Source: Piedraia hortae CBS 480.64 (taxonomy: Eukaryota). From it: a stretch of DNA of 60,885 nucleotides. The DNA is taken from NCBI GenBank assembly GCA_010093745.1, contig MU005988.1:124001-184885 (forward strand), in the 5' to 3' direction. Positions within the stretch are counted from its first letter, which is position 1. Each line of letters opens with the position of its first letter. A program made the position numbers and the translations under genes. This document shows, in pieces, positions 24,586 through 36,858 of the stretch. Below the pieces are notes generated by a model, which saw only the letters and a program-made list of their open reading frames with translations, did no database searches and was not told where the DNA came from.

Positions 24586-25932
24586 ATGGCACCCACGCTC
24601 GTTGGGCCCAACATGGGCCTCTCCTCGCCGCCGTCGTCGCCGTTGTCAAGCATTCCGTCCTCGCCTTTGAGCTCCCTGGCGTGCACGCCGGAGCCGCCCG
24701 CGGACTTCAAGCTGCCGCTCTCTCCGCCTTCGACGCGCTCCCCCAAGAAGCCAAACTACCCGACACCCCCTTCCTCGCAGAGCACGTCCAACAATTGCTC
24801 TCCGACACCAGACGGCTCTCCGTCGAACGCACAGCGACCCGAGAAACGTCGTGAGATGTCGTCGCCGCCCGCCGACGCGCCGCCGAAGAAGCGGCGGACC
24901 GTATCACGTGATCGTCCACCGCGCACGACGGAGTATCTAGACCTCCGCCGCAAGGAGATTGAGCCATGCCAGCAGGAGCAGCTGGACCGTCTGATGGAAG
25001 TCCTCAACAAGCGGCAAAAGATCGTCGTCATCGCCGGGGCCGGCATCTCCGTGTCGGCAGGAAGTGAGTCCATCCCTTCTAAGGGAAGGCCAGAACGCTG
25101 CTAACATGAGTCTACAGTCCCAGACTTTCGGTCCTCAACCGGTCTGTTCCAGCGGCTAAAGGAGGAACACAACCTCAAGGGTTCGGGCAAAGATTTGTTC
25201 GACGCGTCCGTCTACAAGGACAGCGACTCCATCAGAACCTTTCACAGCATGGTCACGTCGCTGTACAAGTCTACCAAGAAAGCAAAAGCCACGCCCTTTC
25301 ACCGCATGCTTGCCAGGATCGCCGACGAGGGCCGGCTGATGCGACTGTACTCCCAGAACGTCGACGGGCTTGACACCGGCCTGAAGCCGCTACGCTCCCG
25401 CATTCCCTTCAGAAAAGGCGACGACGGGAAGTGGCCACTGACGGTGCAGCTTCATGGAAGTCTGGAAAAGATGGTGTGCACGAAATGCCATCAACTGTCC
25501 AATTTCGACCCCCAAACCTTCCAGCAGGCCGGCCCTTTGCCGCCGCCATGTCCTTCATGCCTGGAGTTTGACGAGATTCGCACGGTGCAGGCCGGAAAGC
25601 GTAGCCACGGCATTGGCTGTCTGCGGCCTCGCATGGTGCTGTATAACGAGATGCACCCAGACTCGGAAGCCATCGGCTCCTGCACCAAGCATGACCTGCG
25701 GAAGCGGCCGGACGCGGTGCTGGTGGTCGGCACGTCGGTCAAGGTGCCGGGCGTGCAGCGAATAGTGCGTGAAATGTGCGCGACGGTGCGCGACCGCAAG
25801 GACAAAAGCTTGGCCGTGTGGATCAACCCCACGCCGCCGCCGTCGACAAAGGGGTTCGATAAGTGCTTCGACATGATTGTGCAGAGCAACTGCGACGAAG
25901 TGGCGAGGCGTGCGGCGGCGTCCCGGAAATGA
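24586..25932 (+). CDS. HST4: NAD-dependent deacetylase, sirtuin Hst4-like; exons 24586-25063, 25118-25932
   Basis: IAGAGISVSAGIPDFRS after splicing; LYSQNVDGL, VQLHGSL, two CxxC pairs, LRPRMVLYNE. Confidence 0.88.
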
Positions 25933-25988
25933 AATTTGGTACTGGAAGCATAGCACTAATACGTTTTTATCATCACGTTTGGACGGTC

Positions 25989-26708
25989 TCACCCCGAGCT
26001 TCTCGCGTGTCTGGGCAGTGGCGCTCGCTCCGCTGCCGGGAGATCTCTCCGGCCCGAGTCTTTTAGGCCGACAAGCCGAGCCGGCTGCGCTGCTCTGCAG
26101 TTGGACGTGCGCCGCTGGTGGTTCAGCATGGCCATGTTTTCGGTGGCATCTCCGTCTACGCATTCGTCACCCGCGCATTCGTCGACCAGCTCGCCGTCTA
26201 CCGTCTCAAAGTCAGGCGGGCTGATCCACTCCTTGGGCACGAAGCATGGCAGGACTATGCCGATGCTGGCGGCGCGGTTCAGCCAGCTTGGGGCCGCTCT
26301 GCCCGTCAGCCTCTCCGACAGCACAGAGGTAAAATGGTTACAGTTGTTCGTCAGGAGATTATACCGTGGTCCTAGAAACTCCTCGCTGACCTCGCGCACT
26401 ATCTTGTCAATTGCCTCGTCGCTGCGGTCGGTGAAGCCTTGCGAGAGGCTACAGCGGAAGGTCCCGCCGGGTGGCTCGAAGCGCGGGCATGTGTAGTATA
26501 CGCCCGTCGTGTCCCTCTTGCTGTGCCCTCCAAATGCGTATTCTCTGTCCTTGACGACGACGCCCGAGTGCAGAAGGCTGCTGCCAACGGTCCACAGGAT
26601 CGACGAAAGCCGGCCAGGCGGTAACAGGTCATATATGTTGATGACGACCTCTGTTCTGGGACGTGTTGTAGTCGAACCCGACGATCGCGGGCGCAGCAGA
26701 GACGGCAT
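25989..26708 (-). CDS. PPPDE (DeSI-type) cysteine peptidase
   Basis: INIYDL, LLHSGVVV..EYAFG and YNLLTNNCNHF (His/Cys catalytic dyad). Confidence 0.92.
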   Translation of the reverse strand: MPSLLRPRSSGSTTTRPRTEVVINIYDLLPPGRLSSILWTVGSSLLHSGVVVKDREYAFGGHSKRDTTGVYYTCPRFEPPGGTFRCSLSQGFTDRSDEAIDKIVREVSEEFLGPRYNLLTNNCNHFTSVLSERLTGRAAPSWLNRAASIGIVLPCFVPKEWISPPDFETVDGELVDECAGDECVDGDATENMAMLNHQRRTSNCRAAQPARLVGLKDSGRRDLPAAERAPLPRHARSSG

Positions 26709-26870
26709 TCCCAATCTGTTAGGTCGGTGGGGGGTGTGGTGGGGGGGAACGGGGTGAGGTTTGTTGCCGCTTTTGGCTACACCGGTGGAGCCGAAGCCCG
26801 TTTAGGACTAGCCTGACGGCGAAAAATTTATCCACCAGCACACCAAGCTGACAGAATCGCAACGGGCACG

Positions 26871-28799
26871 ATGGGCGAAACAAAACCGAAGGAAAACCCT
26901 TCGTCTACAGGGACAAAGAAACGCAAGAGCGACGGCGCTGCCATCGGCGCCAAACCTAACAGCAAAAGGCCCAAGGTTGACTGCAGCAAGCTCGACAAGG
27001 CGCAGGGCGAGAAGACCAAGGCCAAGGCAGAGATCTTGGTTGAAGGACATGCCAAGCAACGCGCACTCGCAAAGGAGCGCCGCGCGGCGAAGCCCAACGC
27101 CGATTCGATTGCGCGCAGCAAGCAGATCTGGGAACGGCTGCGGCGGAAATCGCACGTTCCGTTGGACGAGCGCCAGAAACTCGTCGGTGAACTCTTCACG
27201 CTGATCTCGGGCCGCGTCAGCGACTTCGTGTTCAAACACGACAGCGTTCGAGTTGTCCAATGCGCACTGAAGTACGCCAACCCTTCCCAGAGAGAAATGA
27301 TCGTAAACGAGCTCCAAGGCTCCGTCGTCCCGCTCGCCGAGAGCAAATACGGCAAATTCCTCGTGGCCAAGATGGTCGTCGAGGGCAATCGCGGCATCAA
27401 AGACACGATTATCCCGCAATTCTACGGCCACGTCAAGCGCCTCATCAACCACGCCGAAGCCGGCTGGATCCTGGACGATATCTACCGCCAGGTGGCCACC
27501 AAAGACCAGAAAACCCGGCTGCTTCAGGAGTGGTTCGGTGCCGAGTTCGCCATGGCCGATTCTCCCATCGGGGACTTGTCCTCGGTTCTAAACCAGAGCC
27601 CGGAGAAGCGCAAGCCCGTCCTCTCCCACCTCCATAAGACGATCTCGACCCTCGTCGGGAAGCAGATGACGGGCTTCACGATGCTGCACGACGCCATGTG
27701 GCAGTACTACACGACCCTGGACCCCGCTTCAGACTCCCACGCCGAGTTCCTCGAGCTCTTGAGGTCCGACATCGAGACCGCCGCCGAGGGAGACTCTTCC
27801 ACCGGGGGCGATTTGCTGCGCAACCTGGCATTTACCCACAGCGGCAGCCGCCTCGTCTGCCACGCGCTGGCCCACGGCACCGCGAAATCGCGCAAAGCCA
27901 TTCTCAAATGCTACAAAGACGCCGTCTCGATCATGGCCTACGACTCCAACGCGAGCCTCGTCCTGTTAACCGCCCTCGACGTGGTTGACGATACCAAGCT
28001 CTCCGCCAAGACCATCCTCGCCGATGTGCTTGCGGTCGACGGGAAGGAGGCTGACGGCAAGGAGGTCGACTCGAAGAAGGTCGAGGAGCGACTGAACCGT
28101 CGCGAAGCGGCGTTGACCAATCTCAGCGCCCGTTGCGTCGCGCTGTGGCCTCTTCTTGCCGAGTCCAGCAGCGGAGGCAGCGCTTTGCCCGAAACTGCAA
28201 ACTTCCTCCTCCCTCCCACGGAACGGGAATTTATCTCATCTCTCCGCGCCATCCGCTCGACATCGTCAAAGAAAGACCCCCAAACGCGCGCGTCTGAACT
28301 GCGCGCCTACGCCTCCCCTCTCCTCCTCGAGCTGGCGGAAAAGAGGGCGGCGGCTCTGTCCCTGACGTCGTTCGGGTGCAGATGCCTGGCTGAGATCCTG
28401 CTCTGTGCTCAGGGCGAAAAGTGCGGTGCCAAGATCTCGGTCGCAAAACTAGCAGAGGGGGTCGAGAGGGCTGGTTGCCAGAGGAATCGCCATGTCGATC
28501 GCATGTTCAAAACCCTCCTCCTCGGAGGCCATTTCAATCCCGCTACGAAACAAGTCGACCTCGTCCATCCACGTTTGTGCTTCGCCGACGTTTTCTTTCC
28601 CGCCATAAAAGGCCAACTTGTCGAGTGGACTACAAGTCCCAGTTCGTTTGTGGTTGTCGCTCTCCTCGAAAGCCCCGATGTGGGCGACGTGATCAAGGCG
28701 CAGGCTAGGAAGATTTTGTCAAAGAACGCAAAAAAGGTGGAGGCGGTAAAGGAGTCTAACAAGGGCGCAGAGGTTGTTTTGAGCTTGTTGGAAGTATAG
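26871..28799 (+). CDS. PUF6: Pumilio-homology protein Puf6
   Basis: KQIWERLRRK, FVFKHDSVRVVQCALKY, LAESKYGKFLV and LDVVDDTKL motifs. Confidence 0.92.
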   Translation: MGETKPKENPSSTGTKKRKSDGAAIGAKPNSKRPKVDCSKLDKAQGEKTKAKAEILVEGHAKQRALAKERRAAKPNADSIARSKQIWERLRRKSHVPLDERQKLVGELFTLISGRVSDFVFKHDSVRVVQCALKYANPSQREMIVNELQGSVVPLAESKYGKFLVAKMVVEGNRGIKDTIIPQFYGHVKRLINHAEAGWILDDIYRQVATKDQKTRLLQEWFGAEFAMADSPIGDLSSVLNQSPEKRKPVLSHLHKTISTLVGKQMTGFTMLHDAMWQYYTTLDPASDSHAEFLELLRSDIETAAEGDSSTGGDLLRNLAFTHSGSRLVCHALAHGTAKSRKAILKCYKDAVSIMAYDSNASLVLLTALDVVDDTKLSAKTILADVLAVDGKEADGKEVDSKKVEERLNRREAALTNLSARCVALWPLLAESSSGGSALPETANFLLPPTEREFISSLRAIRSTSSKKDPQTRASELRAYASPLLLELAEKRAAALSLTSFGCRCLAEILLCAQGEKCGAKISVAKLAEGVERAGCQRNRHVDRMFKTLLLGGHFNPATKQVDLVHPRLCFADVFFPAIKGQLVEWTTSPSSFVVVALLESPDVGDVIKAQARKILSKNAKKVEAVKESNKGAEVVLSLLEV

Positions 28800-29270
28800 A
28801 TTCCTGCTTCCATGCAGTCCATAGCAAGGCTACTTGCCAGCGGGTATTCGAGCAGTCCTACGTCTTTGACTATCTGTGCATTCCCGCTCGGCTTGTATGA
28901 CAATGTTGGAAGCTATTGCCGTGTAAAGCAGTGATGACTCCGAACCGTTTGGTACTGTGTGCCATGCATCTACTGCAACCACACGAAGCACTGATACGTG
29001 ACCTGTCCGAATCGATCTTCTGCAAGCCTTCGATGAAGCTTCCGGCTGCCTCTGCGATATTTCATGGGTTTTGCCGCCATTCGCCAGGTTGGTGGCCGGG
29101 CCGCCAAATCTTCGTCGGTGCCATGCATGCCTCGACTTGACGCGGCTAACGTCATCAGAGAATTGAGAGCCTCGGTGTGGTGCTCGATCATGTCGGCTTC
29201 AAAAGCATTGATGGGCCGGTGGTTTTGAGGACGCCCAGGTCCACTGACATATTCGGTGCCATAGAGCAGC

Positions 29271-29272
<2 letters not shown>

Positions 29273-29323
<51 letters not shown>
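29273..29323. repeat. (ATC)17 microsatellite
   Basis: Perfect trinucleotide run in intergenic DNA. Confidence 0.95.
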
Positions 29324-29324
<1 letters not shown>

Positions 29325-30046
29325 CCACCCCAATATACTTATTACACAAAATATGGAAAATAACTACGTGAGCGCAACGGTTCGGGGGCGCTAGGCAGCA
29401 GAATAGATGAGCAGTGGAATTCCCATCTTCCTATCGTATCCCTCGGGCAGTCCCTCTATGAACGAGGGTGCCTCGCTGGAAAACACACAAAGGTCCCAGC
29501 AAAGCACCACGAGCAACGCTGCAGACAATCACCAATTTGATGATTTCGTCCTGTGGCGCTCTGTCTAGCCTTAAAATCGGGGGGAAAAGCGTTGGGATGT
29601 GCTTGCTTCTTCAAACCACGCCGACATCTCGAAGAACCATGCTACCAAGTAGGGTACCTGGTATAACCAGTGCGGGATCCAAAGAAGCTTGAAAGTTGTT
29701 GCCGCTTCTACATACATATCATTGGTTTTCGAGGTGCAATAAGATGTGGTCGTGCGACTGTGTATGGATCAAGGCAACACGTGTTCATGGTGCAAAGAGT
29801 ATTGGCCATGGTCGCTGTTAATCGCTTTGCTGCTTTTTACGTCTATATATGTCCCTACTGGGCGCTAGACGGTGAGTCACTGTTAATCATAACTTGATCA
29901 TATGCAGGCTTCTTCGAAGTTTGCTCCGTGATTCACGTGAACGGTCTCTTGGTGACTGAGTCATCAGGAAAAATAAGTGGGGGCGGGAGTGGCCGGTGCT
30001 AAGCAACCTCGTCACAGCCAATTGACAAGCTGCCGCCCAAAACACC

Positions 30047-31170
30047 ATGGCGACCGAATCGAAAAAGCGACTGGCGCTGGCAATAATCGATTTTCTCAAC
30101 AAGTCCCTCAAAGATGGAACGTTGCAGGCTGAGGATGCAGACAGCGTTGAGATCGCGTCCAACTGCATCGCCGAATGCTTCCACGTCGATCCCAGCGACT
30201 CGGCTGCGATGAAGCAGGCTGTTGGGGAAAAGAATCTGGTGGCCATTTACGAAGTTTACGACAAGATTCGTAACAAGTCGTCGGCGTCGACTGTGGGCAG
30301 CGCGGGTGAAGGGCTTGGCAAGGGCGCACAGACGACCGAGGAGAGCGAACGGCTCAAGGGCCAAGGGAACGCGGCCCTGCAGCGAAAGGAATATGCGACC
30401 GCCATAGAACTTTACACCCGTGCGCTGGAGATTGCACCGCTGAACCCAGTCTATCTGTCAAACCGCGCCGCGGCATATTCTGCCAGCGGACAGCACGAAG
30501 AGGCCAAGAATGACGCCGAACTCGCAACCGCCAGCGATCCGTCATACACAAAGGCCTGGTCACGCTTGGGCCTTGCTCGTTTCGCGCTCGGCGACGCGAA
30601 GGGCAGCATGGAAGCGTACAAATCGGGAATCGATGCCGAGGGCAACGGTGGCAGCGAGGCCATGAAGAAGGGTTACGAAACAGCAAAGCGGCGAGCAGAG
30701 GCCGACGGCGCCTTGGACGGACCCGGGGACGAGTCCGCTACGCGCTCTGCCGCTGGAGGAGCCGGTGGTGCTGGTGGGATGCCCGACCTCGGCGGCTTGG
30801 CGAGCATGTTGGGCGGTGGAGGCGGCGCGGGCGGAGGCGGAATGCCCGACCTTGCCAGCCTCATGAATAATCCCATGATGAGACAGATGGCTCAAAACGT
30901 TATGAGCAATCCGGATATGATGAACAACATCATGAATAACCCGCAACTACGCAACATGGCCAACCGCTTCGGTGGAGCTAGCGGCGGCGGAGCCGGCGGA
31001 GGAGGGACCCCCGACCTCAGGGCCATGATGAATGACCCTTCAATTGCTGAACTGTAAGATACTTTCCCTTTGTTGTCGTGCTTGGCTGACGTGACAGGGC
31101 TCGCAGTTTCATGAGCGGTGGCGGTGCTGGCCGCGGCGCTGATGCAGGAAGTGGCGGTGGCGGTTCCTAA
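30047..31170 (+). CDS. SGT2: TPR co-chaperone Sgt2; exons 30047-31053, 31098-31170
   Basis: N-terminal dimerisation domain (KKRLALAIIDFL), three TPRs (YLSNRAAAYS, KAWSRLG) and a Met/Gly-rich STI1-like tail; terminal intron GTAAGA..CAG. Confidence 0.94.
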
Positions 31171-32428
31171 GCTCCGCTGTCGGTATTACTGTCCAATTTA
31201 CAACTGTCTGTATCCAGCCAAAGACGATCACGAGACCATGCTAATGATACTGGAAATAATTGTAAAAGCCCCCGTTTCGGATCCAGCAAAATCAATAGGC
31301 GGTAATCCCCGCAGACCTTGGTGCTTACTTTGAGACATCGTTTGTGGAGCGTAAATCCCTTTTGAGATGCTCGTCAAATCTTACAGCAACGACGATATCT
31401 GCATGCCATTCTTACTCGGTTATCCCGTGCCTTTCATCCATGCGTACAATGAACCATTTCTACCGGCTCCGCTCATTTGTCTTGCGTACGAATTTTGTCA
31501 ATCGACGCCGGGACGGAATGCATGGGTCGCAATCGTTCCCGCAGGTAGAGCCCAATCATCTGAGCAATGGCGAGTTGCGAGTGATGGGCCAAGTCATGGA
31601 GTATGTTCGAGTGCGCGCAAAAGTATGTAGGTATAATGTTGAGAAGGTGTGTGTACGGTTCCGGGCATCTCTTGGCAATCTATTTGAGGCGCATCACTCT
31701 TGCAATAACCGCTCTTGAGGTACTACCTTATCAGTCGGTGAAAACTTTTCGACATTTATGAGGGGCAATGCTTTATTAGATCTGCACAAGATCCTCACTC
31801 TTTCGATGATGCAACAAGGACTCTCTGAAGTATCGACCGACACAGAAAGTTAAAGTAAAACCAATAATGTGGCAATTAACCAAGAGGTAAGGGAGGCAAC
31901 CAAGTGATATTGACATGGCCTTCGCAACAAATTCCCGTAAAATCAATCTGATTTGACAAACTGCGTAAGACTGGAATTCTCACTGACGCATGCCATCTCG
32001 GACGTCCCTAATGCCAACGCCAAAGGCTTTATTTGATACGATGTTGCATTCGCCGGTGCCAAGGGAAAGCGAGCGCAACCAGCAAGGAGGCCATGCCATA
32101 TGTAAGGTCAAGGCGCATGTGTAGATTGGATCACGCGGTATACTCACACTCTCACATCACGTAGCGAGTGACGAGGTCGAAGCATTACCCTCTATCGAGT
32201 TTGCAATCCAACCCTCTTACAACGTAAAACCTATCTTGAATATGTTAAGAAACATGACAATACTGTCAACCAGACCTCCTCACTGCAAAGAAAAGAGAAA
32301 CATTCTAGTTACAGCTCACAGGCTCGCTAACTAATGGCCATTCAGTTAACAGAGAGAGGAACGTCCTTAACACACATAAGGTCAATCCGAAAGTCTCAGC
32401 TTTTACCCATCTCGCGGTAAACTCATTC

Positions 32429-32547
32429 AGTTGGAGGATGTGTCACGTGATGACCATGTACAACGTCCTTTCATGTATGCAGCACAAATAACAATGCTAT
32501 TATTCATGTCTTAGTGTACTCGCACTATCAGTTCGTCCCCTTTAACT
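32429..32547 (+). mobile_element. Family A short element (AGTT...AACT), copy 1
   Basis: 119 bp, homologous to 45816-45934, 46146/51257 and 53711-53798. Flanks CATTC/CATCC (TSD, one mismatch). Confidence 0.8.
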
Positions 32548-32683
32548 CATCCTCTCTGAACGGAAGCGTGGTACTCCACGCCTTCCCAAGGTTCTTAATC
32601 GACCCCAGAAATCTGTCTTAAAGACTTTATCATCCCCTTCGTCAGTCATCATGTCTTTCAATGTCACATCAATATCATCCCTC

Positions 32684-32917
32684 TAGCACGGTGAGTCCTC
32701 TGTCAGACGAGGTAGATCGGTGGTAGTCAGAACGTCCGAGGCTTCGCAGGGTTTTCTGCTTCATAGAGGAGTTTTCCCGTTACGAGGTCACGATATTGCG
32801 TGGTCCCGGCGGATGCGGTCTGGCCAACTCTGGATCTGTGGAGGACGTTGCGTTAGCTCTCAACACGTAGAGACGTACACAGTTACACGCACCTTTTGAC
32901 CCAGACTTCACGTCTTA
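32684..32917 (+). mobile_element. Family F solo-LTR-like element (TAGC...CTTA), copy 1
   Basis: High identity to the reverse complements of 35989-36215 and 55208-55441. Flanks CCCTC/CCCCC. Confidence 0.8.
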
Positions 32918-32970
32918 CCCCCAAGTCTCTTATGTCCATCAACCGCTTCTGCGACCCTTCCAATAAACAC

Positions 32971-34189
32971 CTACACCACATTCATAACACTTCGTCTAAG
33001 TTGTATCACTTGCATAATGGCTTCGAAGTTCTCTCGCCGAAGGTAATCGAGCGCATTCTCAAACTCGCCCTCAAAGGCATCCAGAAGGGATTTGCACGCG
33101 GGAATACCGCCCCCAAACTCACTTGCGGCGGTAAAAAGATGATTGGGGTTGAGGCTGGCGCAGGAGTAGACCCTCAGCAGAAGGACGCTGTAGCGCCCAG
33201 AAAGCTTGGTGCAGTACAACCTCGCCAAATTCATGGAGCTGAGGAGCGAGTGCAAGTCACGCAGGAAGCCCTCAGCAAAGCCCATCGGGTACGAGTGCGT
33301 GCAGTGGAACTCCAGGGGAAAATGGGAGTCGATATCAGACAAGTAGGTTTCCAAAGCCTGGCAAAGCCGTCCGAATTTTGGATGAGGGAGATCTTGCATC
33401 GCTAGAGTGATGCTGACTTTTGGAATGCTTGCAAGGGGATTTATGCCTGATGTGATGGCAATAACGGTATGGCGTTGCACAAGAATATCTTGTTTTGTGT
33501 TAAAGATGAGCATCTTTACATTTCTTGGAGTTCGATGGTGCTGTTGCTTCTTGAGCAATGACAATTGTTCATCGTTTCTAGGAGTTTTCTATTTCGCAAG
33601 TGGGTTGCCATCGAGGGCATTCGAATCATCTTCAATGGAAAGATTGATGGGGCTGTCAAAAACATCTCGCTTGAAGTGAAGGCTACACAAACGATCGTGT
33701 CTGCCGTTCCAAGGGTGAATGAGCTGGACAAACTCGAACTTTCACGTGTTTACCACACTCATCAAACACCGTAGAAAATCTGGCTGATGTCTAGGAGAGA
33801 AACACGTGAGGAGTTGGGGAGAGTTTTGGCTTTATGCGTCCAGCGATGCCATTCACACGAGCCGGTGATTGATTTGAGAAACGAAGTGCGTTGGATTTCT
33901 GTATCCCAATCAATGGTGCTCTGTGTACACATCTTGGCAAATGGCATCAAGTAAGGAAGAGAGATGATGCGAGATAACACTGGCTTCCGCATCAGAGCTG
34001 TCCACAAACGGGACACAAGAACACAAAGTTCATAATGATAAAAGTGCGGCCTCCAGCCTCTGGACTGCTGTCATCACGTTTGCTCTCGTAGAAATTGGAA
34101 TCTCTTGGCTCAATCTGACACAAGTGGGCAATTGCTAGCCGCAGAACAATAGTAGCACAATCAATAGTTTGGAAGCTAGGTTGTGGCAT
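32971..34189 (-). pseudogene. Fragmented orphan ORFs, possible degenerate lineage-specific gene
   Basis: Four consecutive minus-strand ORFs (65, 84, 71 and 197 aa) with globular-like composition lie between solo LTRs. No recognisable family. Confidence 0.3.
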
Positions 34190-34318
34190 GGAACTTTCTC
34201 CACCCGGCGTCGGTCATGTTACCGAACTATGGTCGTCCTTTATGTTCATCATCACGCGGGCAGCGCCATTTCATTACTGAGATGGATCGGCCAGGAACGC
34301 GACTATGAGGGTGTGATA

Positions 34319-34690
34319 TGTAGCGATAGTTCTCTCCTGGATGGGAGTGCGCAGCGGCCCTAACTAAGAGGACGTAGCGATAGACGGAGGTCAACGACAG
34401 GGATAGGAAAGATGCAGGTGGGTACGAGTCCATACCAGTGTCGATGTGACAGTGTGAATGCCTATATATGTCTACGAGGAGACGTCAGAATAAATATTCT
34501 GTACCGGTGGGTCGGTGACATCACGTCATACACTAGCAGGACGCATTCGCCATGTCAAATATGACATGACCCTGAGGAGAAATCTCTTTTAGGGCAGAAA
34601 CCTAGGGTGCCGCTGGTAGTGTAGGAGGTATCTGCTGACTTGCTATGCCAGTGACCCGCATACGCGTAGCGGCGATGCTTGAATCCAACA
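34319..34690. mobile_element. Solo LTR, family C (372 bp, TGTAGCG...TCCAACA)
   Basis: TG..CA ends and perfect TSD TGATA (34314-34318 / 34691-34695). Homologous to 59867-60224 and to the split copy 46244-46499 + 50950-51061. Confidence 0.88.
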
Positions 34691-35988
34691 TGATATGATA
34701 CGTGGCTTGATACTTTCCATTATGGTGGGTTGTGATTTATATCCAACGCTCGAGGGTGTGTATTCATTCATGCTCTTCAAATACGAGTTTTTCCTGCGTG
34801 AGGGGAAGCAGGTGAGCTGCCTAGCAGTCAACACTTCAGTGGACATGTTGATGTCGATAAGTCCTGGCCCAGCAGTGCATCCATTGGGTAGCAGAAGCAA
34901 GACAGCCATGCTCAACATTGCGAAAATGCATATGTGTAACAGCTACGTAAGGTTGACCGTAAAAGAAACAACACAACGTGAGGTCTATGAAAACCATGCT
35001 TGGAGACCTCCAACGATCTCAGTTCAAATGACCCTCAGATGAAGCAGCGTGAACGGTAACCTGGCATCGTTGCAGAGATCTCCTCGGTGCATCATGTGAT
35101 GTGAGTGAGATTTGCAATAGCTTCAGCTATCAGATCTCGCATTAGTTTCTCATGGCAGCAATTTGTCATTCACCACATGAAAGGTTTTGCCCCACGATCG
35201 ACCGAATTCATATGTGATGGTATCGTCGTGAGGAGTGAGACTGGCCCTGAGCGGCGAAGGACTGACCGCTCGCCAGGGCCGTGTTAATGATCTTCTCATA
35301 AAACAAAGTGGACTGGAGTCTTTGAGAGACCCTCTTACAAGTGCCCTCATGAGCACGATGGATACTGTCGTCGGCAGCGGAATGGGATCCGTCTTAATTT
35401 AGTCATGCGGAGTTAAGACCATTTACTCCGATATGGGTACGTGCTAAGGGAAAGCTCCATTGCCTTTGCCAGTATCTGCATATTCACTGCCCTAGAACAC
35501 TTGTCTGGTTGTCTCGCGAGTGCGTACTCATTGCCCGCCAAAGCGCCACGGCCTAGTTGCGATGCATGAGTCATTAGCCGCAGTTCTGAGTGGGCACTTT
35601 AGCCTAATATGGTATGGGCTGTTTCAAGCCGGCCAATGACAACCCATAGAATCGACCAGAACAATCAACATGACTCGCTAGCGCCAATCCCCGGTATATA
35701 TGAATTTTTCCCCAGCTCAAAAGTTCTTTCTTCTTCAGCTCTCTTTGCCTATTGGCTTAGATCAAGTGTAGTATCTGTTCTTTTCAGTTTAATCTCTGAA
35801 ACGCCTCTACGGAGGCTTCTCTGATTATACTCATTTTTGGGACTCGCTTCCGCGACCGCTGAGCATGCTCATGTCCGGGGGCACAGTGTCGCTGGTATCG
35901 CACTACCTCCAGCTGACGCGAACCCCACATTTTCATCAGGTCACCCAGTTTGAGTAACTGAGTGCTGGAGAAGATGATATGTAGCTTT

Positions 35989-36215
35989 TAAGACGTGAAA
36001 TCTGGACGAAAAGGTGTAACTCTGTGCTTCTCTACGTGCTGAGAGCTAACGCAACGTCCACAGATCCAGAGTTGGCCAGACCGCATCCGCCGGGACCACG
36101 CAATATCGTGACCTCGTAACGGGAAAACTCCTCTATGAAGCAGAAAGCCCTGCGAAGCCTCGGACGTTCTGACTACCACCGATCTACCTCGTCTGACACA
36201 GGGCTCACCGTGCTA
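35989..36215 (-). mobile_element. Family F element, copy 2
   Basis: Inverted copy of 32684-32917; perfect TSD GCTTT (35984-35988 / 36216-36220). Confidence 0.88.
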
Positions 36216-36858
36216 GCTTTTATATTGATTAGCCGTAGTGGTGGTTCTTTAAAAGGCCATAGCAAGTGAAGTATAAGCCCCCAAAGCGATTGTTACGTGC
36301 GGGAAAAAATCCTTATCCCATGCTGTGGTTGAAGCAATGTACGGCGGTTCATGATCCATGACTTACGCCTCGTCCGACTGAGGAATAACCAGGAGTCGAA
36401 GTAGCGTTCAGGCAGCTTCCGGAGGACTGAGACCATGCGGCACTTCAACAAGGGCTGAGTGTTATATGTTTGGAATTGGTAGGTGGAACGACCCATGCCG
36501 CTGATGCGTCACGTTGGCGGGAGAAAGTCATCGTAGCTACACATCATTACAGGAAGATATCTCAGTCTCGTTTCCGCCGAGTTGATCTGAGAGTCGCCTT
36601 TATAGTACTGATGCATGGAAGACAATTGCAAAGGTAAACCTCTGGTTACCGCACGGATTGTAGGTACATTCGGCTGCTCGAAGCGGTTCAAGCCTTGCCA
36701 ATGCGTTCTCTTTCTCTCTTATCGGTCGAATGCTGGGGTCGGGGGATGCTGGGCGCCCGTTAACGGCACTGCCGGGCCCACGGTAGTCACCCGAGGTCCT
36801 AACCCTAGCCACGCCGGGCTGGCTGGAAAAAACTATTCGCGTCAATACGTGCATACCG

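Noticed and set aside
29177..29371. Poly-Ile ORF as a membrane peptide
   Set aside because: It is only the translation of the (ATC)n microsatellite.
34217..34941. Possible outer LTR (TGTTACC...TGTAACA) hosting the family C solo LTR
   Set aside because: No matching TSD; boundaries cannot be supported.
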